A DNA stretch of 63,810 nucleotides, counting the filler, from Globobulimina sp. (taxonomy: Eukaryota), in NCBI GenBank assembly GCA_003354225.1. It is 48 parts of 48 records of this genome, joined end to end, with 100 filler letters (N's around TTAATTAATTAA, not from the genome) between each part and the next. Parts side by side here need not be neighbours in the genome. Positions count along the whole stretch, not along the records: positions 23,986 to 25,217 come from PIVH01020473.1; positions 25,318 to 26,549 come from PIVH01020474.1; positions 26,650 to 27,881 come from PIVH01020475.1; positions 27,982 to 29,213 come from PIVH01020476.1; positions 29,314 to 30,545 come from PIVH01020477.1; positions 30,646 to 31,876 come from PIVH01020478.1; positions 31,977 to 33,207 come from PIVH01020479.1; positions 33,308 to 34,538 come from PIVH01020480.1; 40 more parts are not named here. One strand, 5' to 3'. This document shows positions 25,143 through 37,430 of the stretch, piece after piece. Position 1 is the stretch's first letter; each line of letters begins with the position of its first letter. A program made the position numbers and the translations under genes. The notes under the pieces were generated by a model. It was given only the letters and a program-made list of their open reading frames with translations. It was not told the DNA's origin and did no database searches.

Positions 25143-25217
25143 ATGAAGTATAATTTCGAAACAGTATATGCAACGGTATTTAAAATGCTTAAAGAACGTG
25201 GATATAAAGTTAAATCC
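25143..25217 (+). CDS. RPB5: N-terminus of RNA polymerase Rpb5-like subunit, NCLDV-like
   Basis: MKYNFETVYATVFKMLKERGYKVKS matches the Rpb5 TxxxMxxDRGY motif; only 25 codons visible. Confidence 0.6.
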
Positions 25218-25318
25218 NNNNNNNNNNNNNNNNNNNNNNNNNNNNNNNNNNNNNNNNNNNNTTAATTAATTAANNNNNNNNNNNNNNNNNNNNNNNNNNN
25301 NNNNNNNNNNNNNNNNNT

Positions 25319-26293
25319 TAAGAAGAAGAAGACAGGGAATCCGAAGAAGAAGAAGACATTGAATCTGAAGAAGAAGTACATGCAAAAGCAAAAAGAAAGA
25401 AAAAACGCAAAAGCAAGTCAAGCAAAGTAAATGCAAAAGCTGTGGTGCCTTTGATGGCTGTTAACGATTTGTTTGGCGCTATGTCTGACACTGACAATAA
25501 AGCAGCGGATCCATTTTCAGGTGCAAGTTATGATCCATTTTCAAAAAATGATTTTGGTGCTAATATTAATGCACATACAACACAAACACATTCAAATGCA
25601 TTTATGAATATGGCCATTGGAAGTATGGACTGTATGGCACCAATGAGGTCTTTTGATTCTGCGGGTTTTGGTGCTGCACAAAATAATAATAATTTTAACG
25701 ATCCATTTGCAAGTTTCGGTACTGGCTTTGATGAGAAACAGCATAAAAAAATGGATAAATCGAGCATTTTATCCAAATATAAACCAAGCGGAAAGAAATC
25801 AGAGTCGGCGACGACTAGTACTGTGCCATGGGATCCTTTTGCAGATTTTGGATTGACTGCAGCGGCAGATACAAATAAAGAGGAATCTGATTTTTTTAAT
25901 GCGTTGGGATCAGTGACACAAATGAACGCTGTTAACAAACAACGAGATTTTGTAGCTTATGATAAGTATGGAATTAAAATTCTATTTAAATTTTTGGAAA
26001 ATTGGAAAAAAAATACGTTTAAAATATTGGCAGTGTTTGTGAATAATAATTCATTTGAAATTAATGATTTTTCATTTAAAATTGATGTGCCTAATTGGAT
26101 TAAATTGCATTTTAAATCAATAAATAATAAGCAGTTGTTACCATTTTCAAGAAATAAAATTGAACAACCATTTGAATTAACAAATACAATGTATCCACAA
26201 AAGGAATTTATAATGAAAATACAAATTAGTTTTAAACAGAATGGACAGCAAAAAACGTATACCGCTCAGGTGAGACTACCTAAAAGTAATTGA
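25319..26293 (+). CDS. Trafficking adaptor with DPF motifs and C-terminal gamma-adaptin ear (GAE) domain (5' partial)
   Basis: Four DPF motifs; AYDKYGIKI-F, F-N...INDFSF-IDVP..IKL, IEQ, MKIQISF. Confidence 0.75.
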
Positions 26294-26483
26294 ATATTAT
26301 ATAGATGCTAATCTTGTTAACAATTTGTAATATTGTCACTGTATTTCATTTTATTTATATTGAACTGCAGTGAATTTTGAATGATAGTTTGACGCGTAAA
26401 GTGAGATTCGTTTAATTCTGACAAAATTAGGCAGTGACCGAAGTAGTTTGTCAGCTCATTTCAAAAGTATTCGGAACGGCATA

Positions 26484-26549
26484 ATGGCAGCGGAACAAAA
26501 AGAAAACAAAATCGAGGCTATAATATGTCCATCGATGCTGAGCAGTGAT
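26484..26549 (+). CDS. RPE: Ribulose-phosphate 3-epimerase N-terminus
   Basis: MAAEQKENKIEAIICPSMLSSD matches the IxPSxLSxD start of RPE. Confidence 0.7.
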
Positions 26550-26649
26550 NNNNNNNNNNNNNNNNNNNNNNNNNNNNNNNNNNNNNNNNNNNNTTAATTA
26601 ATTAANNNNNNNNNNNNNNNNNNNNNNNNNNNNNNNNNNNNNNNNNNNN

Positions 26650-27580
26650 CACGACGTTGTGGACGCGCTAACTGCCGCCAATCAAGACGTCAATTTAGCC
26701 ACACAATATCTCATTGACGTTACGTATAAAACAATCAGCAATTAAAACCATGCAATAATAAATGGCAAAACCACAGGGTCTTCCAGATGCAAAACAGGAT
26801 AAAAATGAAATGAAAACAGACGACATTGGAAAAAGCGAGAAAATCTGCAATTTAATGTCAATGGGTTTTGAATGCGAACAAGTCTTAGAAGCGCTGGAAA
26901 AATGTAATTATGATCAAATGCGCGCCGCAGATGATTTATTGAGGACAAATAGCAAAAGTGATGGTGCAATGCAATATTTATTAAACAAACAAAAACATGA
27001 AAAGAAAAAGAAAAAGAAAAAGTCAGCGTATTATTTATATTCTTCAACTGACAAAGAAGAAGCACTCAAATATCGACCTAAAAAGATCGAGAAAATAGAA
27101 ACAGCGAAAAATAAGAAACTGAAAGGTAGCGAATGGAACACCGGTGCCACTGTGGAAGAGTTTGATTATTCATTGTGGATGAAACAAAGATTGAAATATT
27201 TATTATTGAATCATGTCAGTATTACATGCGAAGCAGACACGGATTGCATAGAAATCGATGAAGTGCTTTCCGTGGATGGCTCTGCAACGTTTTTGTTGAT
27301 AAGAAATGCGTTGAGACCTGGCTATGATATCAGCGTTGAATGTAAATGGAAGGGCCACGTTATGGTTGACAATGAGAAAAAAGAGGTTTCCGGCAAATTG
27401 TGTCTGGATGATATAACGTCTGAGGATGACCCAGAAGATTGGGAATATGCTGTGACTGTAAGTGAGAATATGAGGGAATACAGAATTGCGAGGGACATTG
27501 TCAAAAAGGAGGGCAATAAACAAGCAGTATTGAATGTGCTTGATATGTTTATTAAAGAATTTAAAGCAAAGAAGCAATGA
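26650..27580 (+). CDS. UBA-domain plus Aha1-N (Hsp90 activator) domain protein (5' partial)
   Basis: LMSMGF...ALEKCNYD..RAADDLL UBA; second UBA end DALTAANQDVNLATQYL at 26650; SEWN-G-T-EE-DYS-W, VDGSA, YDI-V-CKWKG. Confidence 0.75.
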
Positions 27581-27981
27581 TGGATTATGTAGTGTATTTG
27601 AGTGAAATTGATTATTTAGTGAATGATCACATAATTTTGCTTTATAAATCATGTCAGAGACTACAATTTTGTATTTGTAAAGCAAATAAAAAAAACAGAT
27701 TGCAAACCCAAGGCAAAATTAAAAACAGTTTTTGATCAAAAATAGAGAGATATGTGACTATATATTTAGGCAACTATTTAGGCTCCAAAAATATGATCGA
27801 ATCAGAGTGCATAAATTAAAAAGAATTCTTTCTCTACACCCTGTTTTTTTGTTTGTATTGTATATTGCAAATAATTCAGATNNNNNNNNNNNNNNNNNNN
27901 NNNNNNNNNNNNNNNNNNNNNNNNNTTAATTAATTAANNNNNNNNNNNNNNNNNNNNNNNNNNNNNNNNNNNNNNNNNNNN

Positions 27982-28655
27982 GAGGAAAAATTTTTTCTTG
28001 GATAATAATTAACTTTTAATGATGGGCTCATGTATGTAGTAAATCCGGCTTTTTCCAAACGATAATTTAACTCTACATCTTCACAAGCATCAAAACTTTC
28101 ATCATATTTTCCAATAGTTTTAAAAATATGTTTTCGGTAAACAGCACCAAGGCTTACTGGAGAGACAAAGCCTTCATATTCAGAATAGATTAAAGAATTT
28201 GTTGCATGTCCAAATTTTGAATTTCGGACAATAGCAACAGCATTTTGGAATTTAGATATCCCAGGTGGATTTAATGGCTGTGGGCGACCTAAACAATCTG
28301 CCCCCGACGAAATAAAGCAATCGATAATATTCCTAATAAATTTATTTGACGGGATATAACAATGGCCATCGATCACAACAAAAATGTCTCCTTTAGAATT
28401 TGCCAAACCGATATTACGTCCAGCACTTGCTATTTTTTTGAGATTTGTAAAATAAAAAACATTAGAATATTTTTCTGCATAGCGTTTTGCTACTTCAGAC
28501 GTGCCGTCATTGCTACATCCATCGACAACAATAATTTCATAACGATCATTCGAATAATCTTGCATTAATAGTTGATCAAGCAGGGGGCGAATGTAGTTAC
28601 ACTCATTAAATACTGCTATGCAAATAGTAATAAACGGTATTTGAGTTTTTGTCAT
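27982..28655 (-). CDS. Bacterial GT2 glycosyltransferase (ExoA-like), 3' partial
   Basis: IAVFNE, VVDGCSNDGT, GRNIG, IDGH, G-YDESF-ACEDVELNYRL, YYPR; intronless. Confidence 0.9.
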
Positions 28656-28980
28656 GCAATCCATAAAAATGTGCGTATTCATATAAGTATTCAAGTCTAA
28701 AAAAAACAAGGCCATTTCCGCCCCTGCTTCACCACAGGTATGGCCTTATCTTGTAATCATATGATTTATTTTCGAACATTGTTTAGTGAATATGCACATC
28801 GTTTACTTAATGTCAAGAACGTTTTGTTCTATACATTAATATGTTATGAGCTATTTTTGTGGTTTCGTCAGCCTAATACAACCGGCCAAAGGAAAACGAC
28901 GCTGGTGATCTTTTCAGGAATAATCACAGGTGGCAATCCAGATTTTATGTTATAATCTTGAATATTCAGGCACTTAGAAA

Positions 28981-29155
28981 ACCTGAGATACGGTTATCTA
29001 ATCTGCACCCTAACTGATTTTTTCAGGATGATGTCGAGCAAGTCCTTATGACCTGAGATACGGTTATCTGATCTGTGGTTTTGGCCAACCGTTGATCAAT
29101 TAAAGAACTAAGCCACTTTGTGGCAGTTTAAGGCCGCAGTTATGCAAAAGCCCTC
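28981..29155. mobile_element. Possible bacterial IS remnant: 25-bp direct repeat plus an IS5-like terminus
   Basis: ACCTGAGATACGGTTATCTRATCTG at 28981 and 29051; GTTATGCAAAAGCCCTC at 29139-29155 resembles GAG-C-TTTGCA-type IS ends. Confidence 0.3.
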
Positions 29156-29565
29156 GTTTTTCCCATAGACTTTTATTCTTCCAAAGCTTTGATTATAAAA
29201 TCTCCTTATTTTANNNNNNNNNNNNNNNNNNNNNNNNNNNNNNNNNNNNNNNNNNNNTTAATTAATTAANNNNNNNNNNNNNNNNNNNNNNNNNNNNNNN
29301 NNNNNNNNNNNNNCCCAGTTTGATTTTATATACCTGTTGACACAACATCCTGACCTAAACACTAAACAAGGATTACTACTTGTACCACCTCTGTTGGCAT
29401 TTTCTTTTTTGTACTGAAAAAGCAACTAAATAGCGGCAACTATTTAGGAAACCTAGGCTCATTACAGGAGAACATATTGGGCTTTAACTCGAAATTGCTT
29501 ACCATAAATCAATTGTGTCAGTGCGACAGTGCCATGTTTAGTAATTCACCGTTCATGCATTCACA

Positions 29566-30545
29566 ATGTCCAAGGGGAAAATAAAATATATTACAAGTAA
29601 ATTATCCAATGTAACAAGCCATCAATGGCTTGACAATGTAAAAAATAGCAAACAGTTGCGAGGACAAGCAACGGTACTTAACTATGTGAAGATAGATCCA
29701 AGTATCAATTCAGACATTCAAAATGTAATTCAAAATTCAAATAATAGCAAGCAAATTCTATCTACCATCAAACAGAATGTAAATACCATACAACATGCAT
29801 CAGTATTTGGCAAAGCAATGAAAAAATGTAATACATTAAGAGATGGGAGAGTTGTGCATGAAATCATGAAACTGTGCGTCAAATCTAATACCGAACCTGG
29901 CATTATTGAATTCAATGTGTTTTTCAACGGTGCAGCACATTCCGATTCACCTGAGTTGGCAGCAAAATATTTTATTTTGATGAATAAATATAAGATAACA
30001 CCTGATATCATAACATTTTCAACACTAATAAAATCATGCAGAAGACAAGGAAAATTAGCTCAAGCAGACAATTATTGGAATATCATGATAAATAAATATC
30101 AAATTGAACCTAATGAATTTTTGTATTGCGAAATAATATCAGTTTATGCAACGTGTCATGAGAAAGATAAAGTGGTTCTGCTATTTAATGAATATTTAGA
30201 AAAAGTGAATGACGGATTACTGCCGGCCAGCATAGCGACATTTGGTGCATATATAAATTTGTTCAGCAGATGCGGAGACTTAAACGGAATGGAATGTGCA
30301 ATGCAATTGTTTTATCAGCATGGATTTAAGTTAAATAAGGTAGTGATTACAGATTTGATGAGGGGATGCCATGCAGCGAGGAATTATGACAAATGTATTT
30401 ACATATTACAGCAATGGGTAAATGCAGGGAATGCTCCGTCAATGTCAATGATGCACATGAAATGTTGTGCTTTGGTTGGAAAAATTAAGGACAGTGCTGA
30501 AGAGTTTGAAGTAAAGAATAATATTTATTTAGAATTGAAAGCTAC
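29566..30545 (+). CDS. Pentatricopeptide-repeat (PPR) protein, 3' partial
   Basis: 35-aa repeats: PGIIEFNVFFN, PDIITFSTLIKSC, PNEFLYCEIISVY, ATFGAYINLF. Confidence 0.88.
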
Positions 30546-30645
30546 NNNNNNNNNNNNNNNNNNNNNNNNNNNNNNNNNNNNNNNNNNNNTTAATTAATTA
30601 ANNNNNNNNNNNNNNNNNNNNNNNNNNNNNNNNNNNNNNNNNNNN

Positions 30646-31679
30646 TATGTTTCTTTGTTCGTAAAAAATGGATATTAAGATACGAAAGAGAATTGTTAAC
30701 ATGTTCATTAGGTACAATTTTTGCCATTGTATTTGTTGATCTTATTCCTGATTTAATTGAAGATTCAAAACATCCAAAATATGATGGATATTCAATCTTA
30801 TTTTCATTAAGTATTTTTGCAGGAATTGCATTTGCATTCCTAATGAATTCGATGCATGACATTATGGAACAATCACATTGTAAAAATTGTGATGCTGACA
30901 ATCCGTGCAGTGAATGTAAAAAAAATCATAAAGTTTAGTGTTTATTAAATTTAAATTAGATTAATCATCCAACTCATGATCATCTTACATAAAACAAGAC
31001 AAATAATAATACCGCGGACATTGAGTCAAATAAGAAACCAGTCATAAATAAAAATAGTTTACCATGCCAAGTGAAGGTATTTTTGTCAGCGATTGTAATC
31101 GATTTTATTATTGATGGCTTTATCATTGCTTGCCAAGGCATTGTGCTTTCAATTGCCTTATTACCGCATGAATTTGTTCATGTTTTAGGTGATGTTGTGT
31201 TTTTAGTTAATTTTGGTTTAGGTAAGACACAAGCAATTATAATACGGTTATTAGCACAGTTAGCAACCCCTATCACTGGGTGCATTGTGAAATTATTTCA
31301 AGAAAAGTTCGAAGATACTTTTGATACAATGCATACATTTGGGCATGGTCTAATTGCTGGAATGTTTATTTATATTTTATTAATTGACATATTTCCGATG
31401 ATTGAAGAAGGACATTTAGAATCTCATCAACATCATCCATACTTAGCATCGCCTACAAATTTAGCATCACCAATCAAAAGAACAAGTCATTCAAATAGCA
31501 TACAATCACAATCAGAATCACAAAATATTTCAGATATTTCAAATGAAAATAAAAAAATTTCCCCCAAAATATTGTTACCTTTATTTTTTATACTTTGTTT
31601 CTCGATGACTGGAACACTCATTTACAGTAAAGATCAAATAGAGACTTTGGTGAAACAGTTGAAACAGTGGTTTCTTTAA
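30646..31679 (+). CDS. ZIP-family metal transporter (5' partial); intron 30933-30998
   Basis: F-DLIPD, DFIIDG, PHEFVHVLGD, AGMFIYILLIDIFP, His-rich loops. Confidence 0.85.
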
Positions 31680-32102
31680 ATTCAATTCAATTTTAAATAA
31701 ATGGATCACTCGACAATTCGTCGATAAATTTTTCTGATTACAATTACTTTTGATCAAACATAAAGAATGATTTTTATAAACTAGGATAATTAATTTTCGA
31801 GTAGCTTGCAGTTTTTTTTTAGTTTACCAATACCGTGCCCACAGTTACCAATAACATTACCCATACAACATTGCCGNNNNNNNNNNNNNNNNNNNNNNNN
31901 NNNNNNNNNNNNNNNNNNNNTTAATTAATTAANNNNNNNNNNNNNNNNNNNNNNNNNNNNNNNNNNNNNNNNNNNNTAGGATAATCCCTTTTTTGAGATT
32001 TCTCTCTCTCATGTATATGAATGGTGCAAAGAAGAATGGTAAGAATAAGAAATAAAACCGAAGAATCGTAGCAAATCCAATTAAGAGACCATAAATAAAA
32101 AA

Positions 32103-32879
32103 TTGGATATATTAGCATATAAAGAGAATAAAATCAAAATTATTACATGGAATGTGGACGGCGGTATGAATGCAAAATCGATTAAAAATCCAAAAATATT
32201 CACATATATCAACGAAGTCCGACCGCATATATGCATGTTCCAAGAAACAGTCGGTTTTAAAAATTATAGAGGATATAAGATAGCGAAAGAAAGTGAATTT
32301 GCAGAATTGAATGGTATGACGCGTATTACAAACGACATAATTGGTATAACTGCGATTTATGTAAGCGATGATCTCGTGAATAATATCAGTTCTATCGATA
32401 TCCCGTATGATTTAAATGAAACTGAACCACAGAATAACATATATTCGTGTGCTGTGGTATTAAAATTAAATAAAATGTACAGAAACAGAGACAAAATTAT
32501 ATTATGTAATTGTTACCGATCACCAAATCCGAACGCAATAAAACTATCAAAAATTGGTATAATACACAGATTTATCGCTAATTATATGAGTGATACGGCG
32601 CCGACGATAATTATTGGTGGCGATTACAATATACGCTCACAGCAAATCGGTGCCATCGACAGATTACATGAACCGAGACCCAATATTTTGAAAAAATATA
32701 CTGATGGAGACCACCTTTTTAATGCAATGAATAAATTAGGAATTAAAAACATAAACAAATATGGACAAAAAACCAGATTTAAAGTAAATAAAAATGGTAT
32801 AATCAAAGAAGCAATAATTGATACAATATGGACAAATATCAATAAAAACGGACGAATACAAATAAGAAATAATTTTTGA
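32103..32879 (+). mobile_element. Non-LTR retrotransposon (LINE) AP-endonuclease domain, truncated
   Basis: ITWNVDG, FQET, YRSP, GGDYN, IIDTIW; terminal SDH motif and RT are absent. Confidence 0.8.
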
Positions 32880-33307
32880 ATGCTTTTTGCATCACCATTT
32901 CTAACAAAAAAAATGGACAAATAACCTGGTTTCTTGCTTCTGTGCTTCTTGCCTCTGGGTCTCTCGACCTGCAATGCTACTGTGTTGCCCCCTCTATATA
33001 TGTTATATATATTAGATATATTAGTATATATGATCCCTTGACAGGTCCACCATTTAGTAAATATATTAGCTGTACTAATATATATATTAATACAGGGTTA
33101 ACTCCTATAAGACGCAGAATCATATATATTATGACTATAATATGACTATAAAGTATGGAGGAACTTTTCCACCAAATTATAGTCATATATTCAACTATGT
33201 ACAAGTCNNNNNNNNNNNNNNNNNNNNNNNNNNNNNNNNNNNNNNNNNNNNTTAATTAATTAANNNNNNNNNNNNNNNNNNNNNNNNNNNNNNNNNNNNN
33301 NNNNNNN

Positions 33308-34538
33308 GTGCAAGTGCGAATCAATTACGGGAATTTTTCTGTTTAATATTGGTACATAATACGCCTACCAATTCGAAGAACATATGGGATAAACATAAAA
33401 ATAAACTTATGGATGACAGTGAATTTTATAGAAACGGTGAGATGGATAAAGCAGAAAATTTAGCCTTATTAAAAATACAAAGCATATTAGAAACGCATAG
33501 ATGCACTATGGAACAATTTTTATTACCTGTACCCGTTCCGGATGAAGTATATATTAGTAATATACCGATAGATTTATTAGCAGAAATAGATTATGATAGA
33601 AGGGACTGTGAAAAAAAATGGAAATTAGCATATGAAAAGATAAAAAGAAATAGAAAACAAAAAGAGATATTTGATGAGATTACAGGTTTAATTGATTCAG
33701 GGAACCCAATCGGCAAATATTTCTTTGTTGATGGACCAGGCGGTACCGGTAAAACACTATTATTTAATGCCTTACTTAGTTATGTACGATCAAAACAACC
33801 AGCAGCTAATGGTGATAGACATATCGCTGTGGCATGTGCAGCCTCTGGTATCGCTGCATTATTATTAGCAGGTGGTAGAACAGCACATAATAGATATGGT
33901 TTAGGTGTTGAAATTGGTCCGACAACATCCTGTCAATATAATATATATAGAAACTGTGCAAGGACACAAATATTAAAACGTGCAGAGATTATTATTTGGG
34001 ACGAAGCGACCATGTCTTCGAAATATATGTTACAAGCTGTGGATAGATGTTTACGTGATATTATGAACAACGATAAAGTGTTTGGTGGCAAATTAGTGGT
34101 ATTCGGTGGTGATTTTCGACAAACATTAAGTGTGGTAGAAGGTGGTAATAGAGCGCAAGAAATTGATATGTGTATTAAAAGTTCCCCTTTTTGGAATGAT
34201 ATTTATATCAGAAAACTTACTGAGAATATGAGAGTAAAAAGTAACGAAAACGAACATAACAGAGAAAGATTAGAATTTTGGGGTAATTTTTTATTATCTG
34301 TTGGTAATGGCGAAGAAGGTGTGGAAGATGAGATTCAAGAAGAATTTAAATGTGGCGATCACAATATAATTAAATTACCAAGAAATATCATATCCAAATC
34401 AAGAACAGCTGAAGGATTAATTGAAGAAATATATCCGAATTTAGAACATGAATTAAATGATGATGATATTGAAAGGAGTGCAATATTAACCCCATTAAAT
34501 AAAGATGTAGATACATTAAATGAACTTGCGATGGCACG
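33308..34538 (+). mobile_element. Helitron Rep/Helicase, PIF1 helicase region, partial
   Basis: FVDGPGGTGKT, AASGIAALLL-GGRTAH, IIWDEATM, FGGK-VVFGGDFRQ, LTENMRV, AILTPLNKDV. Confidence 0.93.
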
Positions 34539-34638
34539 NNNNNNNNNNNNNNNNNNNNNNNNNNNNNNNNNNNNNNNNNNNNTTAATTAATTAANNNNNN
34601 NNNNNNNNNNNNNNNNNNNNNNNNNNNNNNNNNNNNNN

Positions 34639-35869
34639 ATGGTGTTGGTGATGGGGTTGGTGGTGGTGTTGGTTGTCCAGTTGGTTTTGGCGTAGGGGAT
34701 GGTGTAGGCGATGGGGTTGGCGATGGTGTAGGGTATGAGGTTGGTGATGGTATGGGTCGACTTGTAGGTGGTTGAAGCGGTGATGGTGTAGGACTAAATG
34801 TTAATGTATTGGAGACTTCCCATGATTTATATGTTTCAGTTCCGGCAGTATTGGTTCCACCAAATACATAGATTTTATTAGCAACTGCAATGACCGCAGG
34901 AGAGCTTCGACCGGTATTCAATCTTCGAGAACTATCCACTAATTCTAATGTATCAGTGGCCGGATCATATATTTGTATATTTTGTGATGCGTCGCCAGAC
35001 CAAGAATCTCGTCCTCCCACTAAATAGATATGATTGTATAAACTATGTACCACTGCTCTGTGATAATATACATTGGAGTTGGAGTTATAAGCAATGTTTG
35101 ACCATGATCCAAGAGATGGCATATTGCCGATATATAATCTTTCTGAAGAGAGACGGGCGTATTGAGTACTCCCCGACATGTAAGCGCCACCAAACACATA
35201 TAAATAATTATTATGTATGACGCAGGCATGTTGTCCTCTGCCCAACTTCATATTTGGTCCATTAGACGTCCAACCTACTCCGTTATCGTATATTTGTAGA
35301 TAGCGACTTTCTTGGCCTGCTGCGCCCTCTGCATCGGTTGTTATTATCATGCCGCCAATGACAAAGATCCAATCCGGATTTACCGCAGTAAGGCAAGGAG
35401 CCTCACGAAGATAATCTGGTGCGCTATTAAAGCTTGTCAAGCCCGGGGTGCCATCCCATGAAAATTGTCTTACGGTTATATGCAAATGAAATCACGGTCA
35501 TGGTGGGTTTGTACATAATATAATTGAAATTAACAAGGAATTTTTATTGTTTCTGAAGATTATGTACGATAGAAACATGTATATAAATTATATTATGTAC
35601 AGACATTGCATTATTTGATTTGATTGCCATACCTTATTCTTCCAGCATTTGCGAATAAAATGCTAGTATCACTCCATTGACATGAGCATTGTGAATTGAC
35701 TATGTCTAATTGTAAATCGTTGCTAAATGCAGAGTAAGATTGCCATGAACCTCCTATGGTATACGCCATAATTCGTTCAGCATCATCACCAATTAGCCAT
35801 ATTTTATTTGCGGATGATTGATACGCTGTGTTTACATTTATATAATATGGATATATATTCGAGTGTATT
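34639..35869 (-). CDS. Kelch-repeat protein with Pro/Thr/Ser (PTPS) repeats, multi-exon, partial
   Basis: IFVIGG, LYVFGG, IYLVGG, IYVFGG blades; (PTPS)n linker; upstream exon boundaries uncertain. Confidence 0.8.
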
Positions 35870-36143
35870 NNNNNNNNNNNNNNNNNNNNNNNNNNNNNNN
35901 NNNNNNNNNNNNNTTAATTAATTAANNNNNNNNNNNNNNNNNNNNNNNNNNNNNNNNNNNNNNNNNNNNTGGGTTAAATTCATTAATGGAAAACCGATTC
36001 AAAGTTGGCAGACTAAAGCGTAAGTGCCATGTAATTAACTTTGAAAGTATTAGCACTCAGAAAAAACTTAGTTAGCACTAGTCTAATGCAGGCACAGTAG
36101 TTTCGATAACAAACCACTGAGGAAAAAGAGGCGCTGTATATGT

Positions 36144-36219
36144 GCATTATATACTAGTTATCGCATTATATATTATCGCATTATATGTCAGTACAAAATT
36201 ATCGCATTATATACTAGTT
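36144..36219. repeat. Short degenerate repeat cluster (TATCGCATTATAT)
   Basis: 3-4 copies visible. Confidence 0.6.
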
Positions 36220-37430
36220 TCAGTCAGGATCAAATAAAAACTTAACATTGGACAGGCTGGACAGGTGCCGTTCCCCACCAAGGTTTTTTTTCCAGCTTTG
36301 CTGCCTTTGCAATTGCTCCACTCTAAAAAGCAGCTGATGTTTGATTCTACGATAGTCTCTGTGCTTTTTTCAAAGCATGGCTCGCTGCAACGACCATCCA
36401 TTGGGCAGTACCAGCACTAGCGTCAATTATTGGAAATAAGAATAGCTCATTATATTCATTGATATGTCGAACAGCATCCCCTTTGATTAAATGTGATGCA
36501 TTTTTTTTTAATTTCCACATTCTGTAATTTCACACAAAGTGGATTTTGTTTGATAAACAAAACAAGATGCGGTGTATTCAATTTTTTCTCATCATCCTGT
36601 TGTGAATCTGATTGCAACCATCGATATTTAGCATTCTCTGAGAAAGTTGTCATGCGCAACCAAGCTTTTTTTGTATTTACTAGCTGTACATTTTCAGCAA
36701 TGCTTCGTTCTAATTCTTGTTTCAATCGCTTAATTATCACTTGTTAATCTTCTTTCTTGTCACTTTTTCTTTCGTCCGACTGATAAGTTGTATTAACAAT
36801 TAGTTTCTGTAATATTAATATTGTTATTATGCTTTTCTTCGTTGATATCGGTATTATTTATGACATTAATTTGTTTTAATATATATTTTCTTTGTTTGTT
36901 TAATAAGGCACATAAATCATCAAATATGCGATTTATTTTTAGTTTTGTTGCATGGATCTTTTTAGATTTTTGTTTTGTTAATTTTTCAATGATTTTATGT
37001 TTTGATTTTAGTAGTTTACCAAAAGGCAGTAATTTCGTGGCGCCCCGAGACCTTAAGAACTGTTTTTTGGAAACACGTTCATAGCCGAGAATAAACCTGC
37101 TTTTTGGTACAATGTTTTACCAAAAAAAAGACAATACAGTGGATTTTTGTGAATCTATGTAATAATAAAAACTAATGTATGTTTTCGGATTTTGATTGGT
37201 NNNNNNNNNNNNNNNNNNNNNNNNNNNNNNNNNNNNNNNNNNNNTTAATTAATTAANNNNNNNNNNNNNNNNNNNNNNNNNNNNNNNNNNNNNNNNNNNN
37301 TAAATATTTAATTTTGACAGTTTTTCATGATTTGCATACATTTTAACATTTCATCATATTTTTACTTTTACAACTTTTGATAGAAAAAAAAAGGGTAAAT
37401 CAATTCGAAATCCGTAATAACACAGTTCAG

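Noticed and set aside
31977-34538. Endonuclease next to helicase as one composite element (Helentron-like)
   Set aside because: They lie on different contigs separated by a linker; adjacency reflects length sorting only
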